Positions 19,521-28,165 are shown, counted from the first letter of the stretch. The stretch: DNA of 32,000 nucleotides from Candidatus Nanopusillus acidilobi (GCA_001552015.1 CP010514.1:90001-122000); one strand, 5' to 3'. Notes: generated by a model not told the origin, from the sequence alone. Translations and numbers: made by a program.

Positions 19521-20882
19521 ATGTTACCTGTATATGATATTAATAGGATTGTTTTTGCATCATCTCTTGCTATACATATTATAATAGCATCAATTACAAT
19601 TGGAATGCCCTTTGCAATTGGAACATTAGAATTATATGGAATATTAAAGAAAGATGAAAGTATAAAAAATTTAGCTCAAAGAATATCGACATTAATATTA
19701 GTTTTATTTGCAATAGGAACATTGTCTGGTACAATTGTTGCTCTTGAAATGTATATATTATTCCCAAAATTTATGCAAATAGTGAGTAATACAGCAATTA
19801 TATCATTATATATAGAAATTTTAGCATTCTTCATGGAATCTTTATTTGTAGGTATATATTTCTACTCATTTAAAAAATATAATAATTCGATATTACATCC
19901 AATATTTATGTATTTAATTGGAATATTTGCAGCGATGTCTGGTTTTTTAATAATAACATTAAATGCTTTTATGAATTATCCTGTAGGAATTGAATATTTG
20001 AATGGTCAATATATTGATATAAATCCATATTCCATATTTTTTACTCCAATAGAATTTATTGAAGTATTTCATGGAATTTTAGCATCATTAGAATTTGGTT
20101 TATCAATATTTGTATTAGTTATTTCCTATAAAATATTGAAAGAAAAGGATATTGAAAATATAAAAATATATGGAAAAGCTTTGAAATTAGCAATTCTCAT
20201 ATTATTCTTATCAATATTATTATTAGGAGTATCAGGAATAAATTCAGCAGATACATTAGCAAAATATCAACCAGTTAAGTATGCAGCATTAGAGGGCAAT
20301 TTGAATGGAAATATTTCTAATGCACCTGAAAATTTATTTGGAATTGTTACAAACAATTATACATTAATTGATTCAATAAAAATTCCAAATTTGCAAAGTT
20401 TATTATTATATGAGAGTTTTAATCCAAATACAATTGTTCCTGGAATATATGCAAATGAGTCTTATATACCTTCACCAAATGATATTACTATAGCACATAA
20501 TTCTTTTGATATAATGGCAATATTTGGATTCTTAATATTCTTTATATCATTATATGGATTGATCTCTTTAATAATTTCAAAAGAAGATAAAAAAGATAAA
20601 AAATTTAGTTTAAATCCAAAATATACATTTTATATGAATAAATTATTATTATATGGATTAATATTATTATCTGTATTATCTTTAATTTCCTTGGAAACTG
20701 GATGGGTTGCTGCGGAAGTTGGAAGGCAACCATGGACAATATATGGAATACTATTAACAAGAGATGCTGCAAATTTAAATCCGGGAGTTGTTCCTATTGC
20801 AATAGCTTTTGAATTAATATATATATCATTATTTGTTTTATCTATATGGGCTATAAAAAGATATTTTATTAATAAATTATGA
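19521..20882 (+). CDS. cydA: Cytochrome bd-type quinol oxidase subunit I
   Basis: LAIHIIIASITIGMPFAIG, ITLNAFMNYPVG, FHGILASLE, and the hallmark TGWVAAEVGRQPW. Confidence 0.92.
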   Translation: MLPVYDINRIVFASSLAIHIIIASITIGMPFAIGTLELYGILKKDESIKNLAQRISTLILVLFAIGTLSGTIVALEMYILFPKFMQIVSNTAIISLYIEILAFFMESLFVGIYFYSFKKYNNSILHPIFMYLIGIFAAMSGFLIITLNAFMNYPVGIEYLNGQYIDINPYSIFFTPIEFIEVFHGILASLEFGLSIFVLVISYKILKEKDIENIKIYGKALKLAILILFLSILLLGVSGINSADTLAKYQPVKYAALEGNLNGNISNAPENLFGIVTNNYTLIDSIKIPNLQSLLLYESFNPNTIVPGIYANESYIPSPNDITIAHNSFDIMAIFGFLIFFISLYGLISLIISKEDKKDKKFSLNPKYTFYMNKLLLYGLILLSVLSLISLETGWVAAEVGRQPWTIYGILLTRDAANLNPGVVPIAIAFELIYISLFVLSIWAIKRYFINKL

Positions 20883-21775
20883 TAAACTATTCATTTTACT
20901 TTTATACATATATATTTTTAATTGCAGCGACAATCTTATTACTTATAGGAATAGAAATAGCCTTGGCATTATCATTCTTTATAAATAAGGATGTATATAA
21001 AAAATATGAAAATTTGTTTTTATCAATGTGGGAAATAACAGGTACATCAATTGTTTTCTTTGTAGTACAATATGAAGCTTTATTACCATCATTATTGGTC
21101 CCTGTTGCATATTCATTTTATCCACTAATATTTATTATATTATTTTTATTTATATTTAGAAATATTGGAATAGGGTTTTTTGAAGGAAAAAGTATAAATA
21201 AGGAATATAGTAAAAGAGATATATTAATATATTTATTTGGAACCTTGATAATGGCAATATTATTTCTTTCTATATTATCTGCAGCTATTACTGGTTATGG
21301 TATTAAAATTGTAAATGGAAATATTGTTTGGGGGCCTTCTATTATATTTAATTACTTTACATTATTATTGTTGTTATCAACAATATTATTTGTTTTAGGT
21401 ATTCTTGGATATATATTTAATGTAAAGAAGTTTAAAATATATGGATTAGTAGGATATTTGTTAGTATTCTTGGATATATATTTATATGAAAATACAATAC
21501 CTTATCTATTCTTTTTTCCACTAATAATATTACTAATATTAACATTTGTGAATTTAAAGGATATTGTACAAAGAATATTATTCATAATTTCTCATTATTT
21601 GAATGCAATGATATTATCAACATTATTATTTCCATATATATTTGGAACAATTAATATAAATTCATTATTATCTCAAAGCTTGCCATTATTATTTGCAGAA
21701 TTTATAGTATCAATTATAATAACAATAGTAGTAATTGGAATATATTATTTTGAAATAAAAACAATTTTAAGCTAG
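20879..21775 (+). CDS. cydB: Cytochrome bd-type oxidase subunit II-like (divergent)
   Basis: Polytopic 298 aa overlapping the cydA stop (ATGA), with FRNIGIGFFEGK and AAITGYGIKI...GNIVW patterns similar to CydB. Confidence 0.75.
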   Translation: MINYSFYFYTYIFLIAATILLLIGIEIALALSFFINKDVYKKYENLFLSMWEITGTSIVFFVVQYEALLPSLLVPVAYSFYPLIFIILFLFIFRNIGIGFFEGKSINKEYSKRDILIYLFGTLIMAILFLSILSAAITGYGIKIVNGNIVWGPSIIFNYFTLLLLLSTILFVLGILGYIFNVKKFKIYGLVGYLLVFLDIYLYENTIPYLFFFPLIILLILTFVNLKDIVQRILFIISHYLNAMILSTLLFPYIFGTININSLLSQSLPLLFAEFIVSIIITIVVIGIYYFEIKTILS

Positions 21776-22602
21776 CTTTCAAAAACTTTATTATATATCT
21801 CTTTTAATTGGTTTGGAACAACGTGAGTATATATTTGTGTAATATTTAATGAGCTATGTCCTAGTATTTCTTGTATATATCTTATATCAACGCCTTTTGA
21901 TAATAATGTTGTTGCAAGAGAGTGTCTTAATACATGTGGAGTTACTTTTTTATTTATTCCAGCTTTCTTTGCAATATTTTTTATAATTCTTTCAACCTGT
22001 CTTGATGATAATGGAAATATATTTTCAGTATTTATTTTATTTATATAATCTTTTAATTCATTTAACAATCCTTTTGGTATTGGTACTATTCTTTCTTTAC
22101 CGCCCTTTCCATATACTTTTACAAAACCTTCTTCAAAGATTATATCATTCTTTTTTATTTTTATTAATTCGGAAACTCTTACTCCAGTATAAAATAGGAA
22201 TTTAATAATTAGTTTATCTCTATAATTTTCAGCATTTTCTAATAATCTATTTAATTCATCATATGTAATAAATTTTGGTAATCTTTTATCTACCTTTGGA
22301 GCTTTTATTTGCTTTGCTAAACTTTCATTATCTAAAAATTTTAAAAAAGATGATATAGCTCTAACATATAATCTTAATGAATTTGAATCTAGTTTTTTCT
22401 TAACCTTTAATTCAGCTAAAAATTTTAGAATTATATTCTTATCTAATGAACTACTAATAGATTTTGTATCTGTAATAATTATTCCATTATTTATTAGAAA
22501 TTCTAAAAATTTCTTTGTTATACTAGAATATGTTTTTATTGTATTTTTAGATTTTCCCTGTATTTCCAGCCATACTTTATATTCTTCAATAATTTCATTC
22601 AT
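21772..22602 (-). CDS. xerA: XerA/XerC-like tyrosine recombinase
   Basis: Catalytic motifs TGVRVSELIKI, KGGKERIVPIP, TPHVLRHSLATTLLSKGVDIRYIQEILGHSSLNITQIYTHV. Confidence 0.93.
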   Translation of the reverse strand: MNEIIEEYKVWLEIQGKSKNTIKTYSSITKKFLEFLINNGIIITDTKSISSSLDKNIILKFLAELKVKKKLDSNSLRLYVRAISSFLKFLDNESLAKQIKAPKVDKRLPKFITYDELNRLLENAENYRDKLIIKFLFYTGVRVSELIKIKKNDIIFEEGFVKVYGKGGKERIVPIPKGLLNELKDYINKINTENIFPLSSRQVERIIKNIAKKAGINKKVTPHVLRHSLATTLLSKGVDIRYIQEILGHSSLNITQIYTHVVPNQLKEIYNKVFES

Positions 22603-22662
22603 TTATATTTCAGAAACTTTGTGATATAAAAATTTTAAATAATAAAAATATTATAATTTTAT

Positions 22663-22712
22663 CCCTACCTGCCATGCACTGGGGATATATGAACCAGTTC
22701 CTCCAGGTAGGG
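22663..22712 (+). ncRNA. Structured intergenic hairpin, possibly H/ACA-like guide RNA
   Basis: Perfect 9-bp stem CCCTACCTG (22663-22671) / CAGGTAGGG (22704-22712). Internal loop CCATGC/TCCTC, then upper stem ACTGG (22678-22682) / CCAGT (22694-22698) with loop GGATATATGAA (GA...TGA kink-loop-like). AGA follows 15 nt after the upper stem. Confidence 0.5.
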
Positions 22713-22718
22713 GAGAAG

Positions 22719-22770
22719 AATGATGTGGTTGGCTTGAAACTGAAAAATGATGAATACGGCTACGCTGATA
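22719..22770 (+). ncRNA. C/D box sRNA (candidate 2'-O-methylation guide)
   Basis: C box-like ATGATGT (22720-22726), 13-nt guide, D' CTGA (22740-22743), C' ATGATGA (22747-22753), 11-nt guide ATACGGCTACG, D CTGA (22765-22768). No ORF in this interval. Confidence 0.65.
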
Positions 22771-22775
22771 AAAAT

Positions 22776-23405
22776 TTATAATATAATGCTTTCCATAATA
22801 TTTTTGGCTTTAGAAGCATATTTTTCATATTTTTCTGAATATTCATCAAATATATTATAAAGCAAGTCTCTATCATAACCATGTTTTCTCATTAAATAAG
22901 TTAGAATTCCTATATCATTTAAGTCTTTTTCTTCTTTTCTTCTTAAATAAGTAAATATTTTATCTACTAGTAAATATTCCATTCCAGCAACATATAATTT
23001 TATTATCTTTTTACCTAGCTTTAATTCTATTATATTATATGGTACTTCTTTATCTTTAAATAATATACTTATGCTTGGTCCATATTTATATTTAATTTCA
23101 ATTCCATCGTACCCAAATATTCTCCCCTCCTTAATTGATAAATCTGATAATTTTCCATATATTATTTCTTTTGCTTTTGTTTCCTGATTTTCATTTATTA
23201 TGAAATCTATATCTTTAGTTTCTCTATTATAATTTTCATTATAATATTTTGCATATGCAGCTACAGCCATTCCGCCTATTAATATTGGTTTTATATCATA
23301 ATCACTAGCAAATGCTTTTAATATACTTTCAAGGTTTTTTATTGTAAGCTTATCAGTTAATTTATAACTTTCCTTTGATATGTCTTGTGATGTTATATGC
23401 GGCAT
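22776..23405 (-). CDS. Nucleotidyltransferase-fold protein (AbiEii/DUF6036-like)
   Basis: 209 aa with PILIGGMAVAAYA...RETKDIDFII, the minimal nucleotidyltransferase GG...DxD pattern. Confidence 0.7.
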   Translation of the reverse strand: MPHITSQDISKESYKLTDKLTIKNLESILKAFASDYDIKPILIGGMAVAAYAKYYNENYNRETKDIDFIINENQETKAKEIIYGKLSDLSIKEGRIFGYDGIEIKYKYGPSISILFKDKEVPYNIIELKLGKKIIKLYVAGMEYLLVDKIFTYLRRKEEKDLNDIGILTYLMRKHGYDRDLLYNIFDEYSEKYEKYASKAKNIMESIIL

Positions 23406-23562
23406 ATATAAAAATAAGTAAAGAAAAATTTATAAATGTTACTTATAAAGTATCTACTAAATAATAAAACAATATTAAATTCATACTATTTATAAATGAG
23501 GGGATTTTTTATGATAATTATATAGATAAAAAATAGCAAAAAGTTACTTAAAAATATCTAAA

Positions 23563-24426
23563 TTAGTCTTTAATATTTAGTTTTTCCTTTAATGTTGTAG
23601 ATCTTCTGTTTGTAATTCTTAATAAATCTTTTATTGTATCTTTTGTTGGTATTCCAGTATTTAGTGATAATTTTACTAAGTTTTGGTATGCTTTTGTTAA
23701 TAATATCTTTATATTTTCTTTTGTTGGGAATGCAATTTCTAATGTTAATGATATAGCTTTTCTAAATCCGGATCTTAATTGATTTATATATTCTTCTAAA
23801 GGAGTTGATAATATATCATATGTGTATAATGTTTTTCCATCATATACTACCAATAATTTTATCTTTACTGGTATTGGAGTTATATTAAATTTCTGTAATA
23901 ATGATACTAATTCACTGTCAACTTTTTGACCTTTCTTTGCTACTAATGTATCTTCAGTTATAACAATTTTTCCATTTTCAACCTTTGTTTTTATATTATA
24001 TTTCTTTAATTCAGTTAATACAGGACCTGGTGTTAAATTAGTAGGTCCAGCTCTTATTATTACATCTTCCTCTAATATATCTCCTTCCTTAGCAGATCTA
24101 TAACTTTTATTTTCTTCCAATATTTTATTTAATAAAAATGGATTTATATCATCTTTTGGTAATATTAATAAAACTGCAATTCTTTTATTTTCTTCAATTA
24201 TATCTATCATCTTTTTAATATTTGGATCATTAATCTTTTCTAAAGCTTTAATAAAGAGATTCTTTTTAACAACTTTTACATTAATATTCATTTCCTTTAA
24301 CTTTTTTCTAATTACTTGTAGAGAAGCTGTTGGAATATCCATTATATTTGCTATTCCAATTATCTTAGAATTAGATAATTTAGAATATAAATCATTTGCA
24401 TATAATATCTTTTGTTGGGATACCAT
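23563..24426 (-). CDS. rpl10: Ribosomal protein L10 (P0-like)
   Basis: LSNSKIIGIANIMDIPTASLQVIRKKLKE...VVKKNLFIKAL...RAGPTNLTPGPVLTELKKYNI. Confidence 0.92.
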   Translation of the reverse strand: MVSQQKILYANDLYSKLSNSKIIGIANIMDIPTASLQVIRKKLKEMNINVKVVKKNLFIKALEKINDPNIKKMIDIIEENKRIAVLLILPKDDINPFLLNKILEENKSYRSAKEGDILEEDVIIRAGPTNLTPGPVLTELKKYNIKTKVENGKIVITEDTLVAKKGQKVDSELVSLLQKFNITPIPVKIKLLVVYDGKTLYTYDILSTPLEEYINQLRSGFRKAISLTLEIAFPTKENIKILLTKAYQNLVKLSLNTGIPTKDTIKDLLRITNRRSTTLKEKLNIKD

Positions 24427-24427
24427 T

Positions 24428-25081
24428 TTACATTATTCTTATTGAATCACTCATTGTTAGCTTTATATAAACACTCTTTATGCTATTTTTATTCCCAGGA
24501 ACCCTATTAATAAAATATTCTAATACATGGTTTGCATTTTCCAATATATCTTCATATTTCATATCTTCAGTTCCAATTGGTATGCCAATAGTTTTGTGGT
24601 TCTTTACAACAATTCTAACCATATTTTGTAATCTATTATAAATTGATCTTAAGAAATCCTGGTTTGCATTATCTGGAATTATCATTCCATACTTTGGATT
24701 TGGCATTTTATTTTTTGTAGATAAGTATTTACCTAAATATCTTCCTACATCTGCCATAGTTGATGCCTGTGCTACAAAAATATAATATCTCCTAACTAAT
24801 TTTTTTGCTTCCCTTTTATTTTCAGCTATTTCCTTTATTTTATCCTTAACCAATACAAAATCAAATATTTCTTTTGCAGGTTTTTCTAATTCAGGTCCAA
24901 CAATTGCAGCAATTTTTATTTTCTTTCCTCTACCTTTAGGTAATTCAACATATTCTGTAAATCTATTTTCGCTTTTGTTTAAATCATATTCTTTCTTTAA
25001 ATTAATTATTAATTCTACTGTCTGTTTAAATCTTCTCTTTTTTGATTTTTCTATGAGAGATTGTATATTTTTAACATCCAT
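24428..25081 (-). CDS. rpl1: Ribosomal protein L1
   Basis: KRRFKQTVELIINLKK...ELPKGRGKKIKIAAIVGPE...MADVGRYLGKYLSTKNKMPNP. Confidence 0.93.
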   Translation of the reverse strand: MDVKNIQSLIEKSKKRRFKQTVELIINLKKEYDLNKSENRFTEYVELPKGRGKKIKIAAIVGPELEKPAKEIFDFVLVKDKIKEIAENKREAKKLVRRYYIFVAQASTMADVGRYLGKYLSTKNKMPNPKYGMIIPDNANQDFLRSIYNRLQNMVRIVVKNHKTIGIPIGTEDMKYEDILENANHVLEYFINRVPGNKNSIKSVYIKLTMSDSIRIM

Positions 25082-25112
25082 AGAAAAAAGAAATATAGAA
25101 AATATTTAAAAA

Positions 25113-25265
25113 TTATTTTTTAACAAATAACTCTATTATATCCTTTATTGATTTTTTAGATGAGAAATATTTCTTTATATAATGCCTTATAATCAGAAAA
25201 ATTATAATAATTGTTATAACTATCCCTAATATTAAACCAATAAAAAAACTTAAAATATCAAACAT
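25113..25265 (-). CDS. 50-aa single-pass membrane microprotein (not in the supplied ORF track)
   Basis: Minus-strand ATG at 25265: MFDILSFFIGLILGIVITIIIIFLIIRHYIKKYFSSKKSIKDIIELFVKK*. Starts 1 nt after the rpl11 stop and sits in the rpl11-rpl1 gap. Confidence 0.65.
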   Translation of the reverse strand: MFDILSFFIGLILGIVITIIIIFLIIRHYIKKYFSSKKSIKDIIELFVKK

Positions 25266-25266
25266 A

Positions 25267-25746
25267 TCATTTTAATAGACTATCATACAATCCCTGATCT
25301 ACTTCTTTTATTAATTCTTTTGGATTTCTATTATTTACCGTTAATCCCAAAGATAATGCCGTTCCTAGAACCATTTTTACTGCAGATTTTAAATCATTAG
25401 TATTTAAATCTTTCATCTTTACTTTTGCAACCTTTATTACTTGTTCCATTGTAATATTTCCAACTACTTCATCTGGTTTTGTCCTTTTTGCAATTTCTAT
25501 ATTTGCTTCCTTCTTTAATAATGATGATGTTGGTGGTAATCCTACCTCTATTTCATATTTTCTTGTTTCTGTATCTACTATTATTTTTACAGGTACCTGT
25601 AAACCTTTGAATTCTTTTGTAGCTTCATTTATTTTATTTATTACTTCTCCAATGTTTAATTTAAGTTGGCTCAATTTTGGTCCTATATTTGGTCCTGGTT
25701 TAGCATTTCCTCCTTCTACTAATAATTCTATAACTTCCTTGCCCAT
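25267..25746 (-). CDS. rpl11: Ribosomal protein L11
   Basis: The ORF track extends to 25842 but homology starts at MGKEVIELLVEGGNAKPGPNIGPKLSQLKLNIGEVI (ATG at 25746). Confidence 0.93.
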   Translation of the reverse strand: MGKEVIELLVEGGNAKPGPNIGPKLSQLKLNIGEVINKINEATKEFKGLQVPVKIIVDTETRKYEIEVGLPPTSSLLKKEANIEIAKRTKPDEVVGNITMEQVIKVAKVKMKDLNTNDLKSAVKMVLGTALSLGLTVNNRNPKELIKEVDQGLYDSLLK

Positions 25747-25758
25747 ATAGATTTGTTT

Positions 25759-25776
25759 TTTAAAATATATTTTAAA
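25759..25776. promoter_or_regulatory. Perfect 18-bp palindrome with overlapping divergent TATA-like boxes
   Basis: TTTAAAATATATTTTAAA equals its own reverse complement. It lies between the rpl11 start (25746, -) and the secE start (25787, +). Confidence 0.5.
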
Positions 25777-25786
25777 GATTATATAG

Positions 25787-25972
25787 ATGGGTATCAGCGA
25801 TAGTATAAAGGAAATGAAGGAAGTATATGAAACAGCTAGCAAACCTACATGGGATGAAATAAAGAAATTGGTTTATGTTACATTATTATTCTTTGCATTG
25901 GTTGCAGCTATTGTATTGCCTATATTTATAAGCTTACAGTATAGTATAATGATATGCCAATATACGCCATAG
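25787..25972 (+). CDS. secE: Preprotein translocase subunit SecE (Sec61-gamma)
   Basis: 61 aa: amphipathic SIKEMKEVYETASKPTWDEIKKLVYVTLLFFALVAAIVLPIFI. Located upstream of spt5. Confidence 0.8.
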   Translation: MGISDSIKEMKEVYETASKPTWDEIKKLVYVTLLFFALVAAIVLPIFISLQYSIMICQYTP

Positions 25973-26391
25973 TTGTAACATCTGGAAGAGAAGAACTTGT
26001 AGCTGATATTTTAGCAAATGAGGGAAAAAATGGAAAGTATGCTATATATTCTATAATGCAAATACCTGGTGTAAAAGGATATTTATTTGTTGAAACAACT
26101 AATTCTTTAGAATTACAAAGAGCAGTTTTAGGGATAAGGCATGTTAAAAGAGTATTACCTCAAGAAATTCCAATAGAAGATTTATTGAAATACTTTGAAG
26201 AAGAAAAAGTTAAATATGATATAAATGATATAGTAGAAGTATTATCTGGAGCATTTAAAGGAACTAGAGGAAAAATAATAAATATAGATGAAAAGAAAAA
26301 GGAAGTAACAATAGAATTAATTGATGTTCCAGTTCCTTTACAATTAAATGTACCTATAAATAGTTTAAAATTAATAGAAAAATCTAAATAA
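25954..26391 (+). CDS. spt5: Transcription elongation factor Spt5/NusG
   Basis: MPIYAIVVTSGREELVADILA...PGVKGYLFVET... and KOW motif DIVEVLSGAFKGTRGKI. Confidence 0.92.
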   Translation: MPIYAIVVTSGREELVADILANEGKNGKYAIYSIMQIPGVKGYLFVETTNSLELQRAVLGIRHVKRVLPQEIPIEDLLKYFEEEKVKYDINDIVEVLSGAFKGTRGKIINIDEKKKEVTIELIDVPVPLQLNVPINSLKLIEKSK

Positions 26392-27457
26392 CTTCAATTC
26401 CAAGATCACTTTCTAGCTTTTTCTGTTCTTCTGGTTTTAATTCTTTTTCTCCAGATTTTATTCCTAATATAAATGATGGAGGTGCTTTTAATTTTGTAAT
26501 TGTTAATGATACTCTTACATAATTCTTTTTATCTTCTTCAAATGTAATACCTTGTATTAATTTTGCTTTTGGATCTAATACAGATTTTATTGTATCTAAT
26601 ATTTTATTTATATCTGTAGGTGTTACATCTGGTGATGCAACAATTCTTACTAATGCAGCTTTAGCTCCTGTAGCATCAACATCAACTAATGGGTTGTTTA
26701 GTGCTCTTTGAACAGCTTCTGCAGCTTTGTTTTCTGAATTTGATTCTCCAACTCCAAATATACCATATCCAGAGCCAACTACAATTGATCTAAAGTCTGC
26801 AAAATCTACATTTATATATCCTGGTTTTGTTAACAATTCTGTTAGATCTTTTAATGCATTTGCTAATAATGAATCTGCAACTTTAAATGCTTGCATCAAT
26901 GGAATATTTGGATATAAAGTTTGTAATTTATCATTTGGAATAATTACTAGTAAATCAACATTGTTTTCTAATTTTTCTAAGGAATATAAAGCATTATCCC
27001 ATATATTTGCACCTTCTACAGAGAATGGCCATGTACATATAGCAATTACCAGTGTTCCCATCTTTTTTGCAATTTCAGCAACAACCGGTGCTACACCACC
27101 TCCAGTTCCACCACCAAGACCACAGGTTATAAATATGACATCAGAACCTTCTATTGCTTTCTTTAATTCTTGTTCAGATTCTTTTGCGGCTTCTTCTCCA
27201 ACTTTAGGATCTTTTCCTGCACCTAAACCTTTTGTTAATTGTTTTCCTACCAATATCTTCTTGTGTGCTTTTGTTATTAACAAATGTCTAACATCAGTAT
27301 TTACTGCTATTAATTCTGGGCCTTCAATTCCCATACCATATAATGTAGAAATTGTATTGCTTCCACCACCGCCACATCCAATAACTTTTATCCTCTTTGT
27401 TGCCTGTGCTAGATATTCTTCCAGTTCTTTATCAAAAATTTCCGCATTATTATCCAT
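26384..27457 (-). CDS. ftsZ: Cell division protein FtsZ
   Basis: KVIGCGGGGSNTI, AVNTDVRHL, and tubulin signature ITCGLGGGTGGGVAPVVAEIAK. Confidence 0.97.
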   Translation of the reverse strand: MDNNAEIFDKELEEYLAQATKRIKVIGCGGGGSNTISTLYGMGIEGPELIAVNTDVRHLLITKAHKKILVGKQLTKGLGAGKDPKVGEEAAKESEQELKKAIEGSDVIFITCGLGGGTGGGVAPVVAEIAKKMGTLVIAICTWPFSVEGANIWDNALYSLEKLENNVDLLVIIPNDKLQTLYPNIPLMQAFKVADSLLANALKDLTELLTKPGYINVDFADFRSIVVGSGYGIFGVGESNSENKAAEAVQRALNNPLVDVDATGAKAALVRIVASPDVTPTDINKILDTIKSVLDPKAKLIQGITFEEDKKNYVRVSLTITKLKAPPSFILGIKSGEKELKPEEQKKLESDLGIEVI

Positions 27458-27553
27458 TAAATTTTTTTGAAAATAAAATTAATAAAATTATCTTTTTTAG
27501 ATAATCAAAAACTTTAAATAATTTATATAAACTTTATTTAGATTTTTTCATCA

Positions 27554-28132
27554 ATGGTAAAGTGGGTTGAGATCGAATATTCAATATATGATCAAGATAA
27601 TAGATTATTAGAAAAAACAAATGAGCCAGTAATAATGCCTTTAGGATATAATATATTGAATAAGGAAATTGAAGAAAAATTGGCTAATGCAGAATATGGG
27701 AAAGAATATAACTTTTTATTAAAAAGACCCTTTGGAGAAAGAGATCCAAGTTTAATTAAAATAATACCTATAAGTGAATTTTATAAAAGAAATATAAATC
27801 CAATACCAAATTTAGTTGTAAATGTAGATAATATGGTTGGTGTTATAAGATCTGTAAATAGCGGAAGAGTTGTTATAGATTTTAATCATCCATATGCTGG
27901 TAAAGATTTATTATATGTAATAAAATTAAATAGAGAAGTTACAGATTTAAAAGAAAAAATCTTAGGAATTCTAAGTATAACATATAATATTTCTAAAAAG
28001 AATATTGATGTAAATATTGATGAAAATAATAAGAAAATATCAATAAATGTTAAGGATTCAGATTTAACTAAAGAACAGAAAGAAATTATAAAGAATTTCA
28101 TACCAGAAGTAAAGGATTATAATATAGAATAA
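27554..28132 (+). CDS. FKBP-type peptidyl-prolyl isomerase (SlyD-like)
   Basis: VEIEYSIYDQDNRLLEKT...KEYNFLLKRPFGERDPSLIKIIP...RVVIDFNHPYAGKDLLYVIKL. Confidence 0.88.
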   Translation: MVKWVEIEYSIYDQDNRLLEKTNEPVIMPLGYNILNKEIEEKLANAEYGKEYNFLLKRPFGERDPSLIKIIPISEFYKRNINPIPNLVVNVDNMVGVIRSVNSGRVVIDFNHPYAGKDLLYVIKLNREVTDLKEKILGILSITYNISKKNIDVNIDENNKKISINVKDSDLTKEQKEIIKNFIPEVKDYNIE

Positions 28133-28165
28133 TTTATAATTTCTTTTTATCATAAAATTTATATT

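Noticed and set aside
22002-22205. 67-aa plus-strand ORF
   Set aside because: Antisense to the xerA catalytic region, Leu-rich shadow.
22661-22713. Considered the hairpin beside xerA as a dif/att recombination site or tRNA remnant
   Set aside because: It lacks the two-arm spaced dif structure and has no cloverleaf. The T-arm resemblance on the minus strand is only partial. The RNA-guide interpretation explains more of the sequence.
26727-27470. 247-aa plus-strand ORF opposite ftsZ
   Set aside because: The antisense strand encodes confident FtsZ. The product is a Pro/Ser-rich shadow of the GGGTGGG region.
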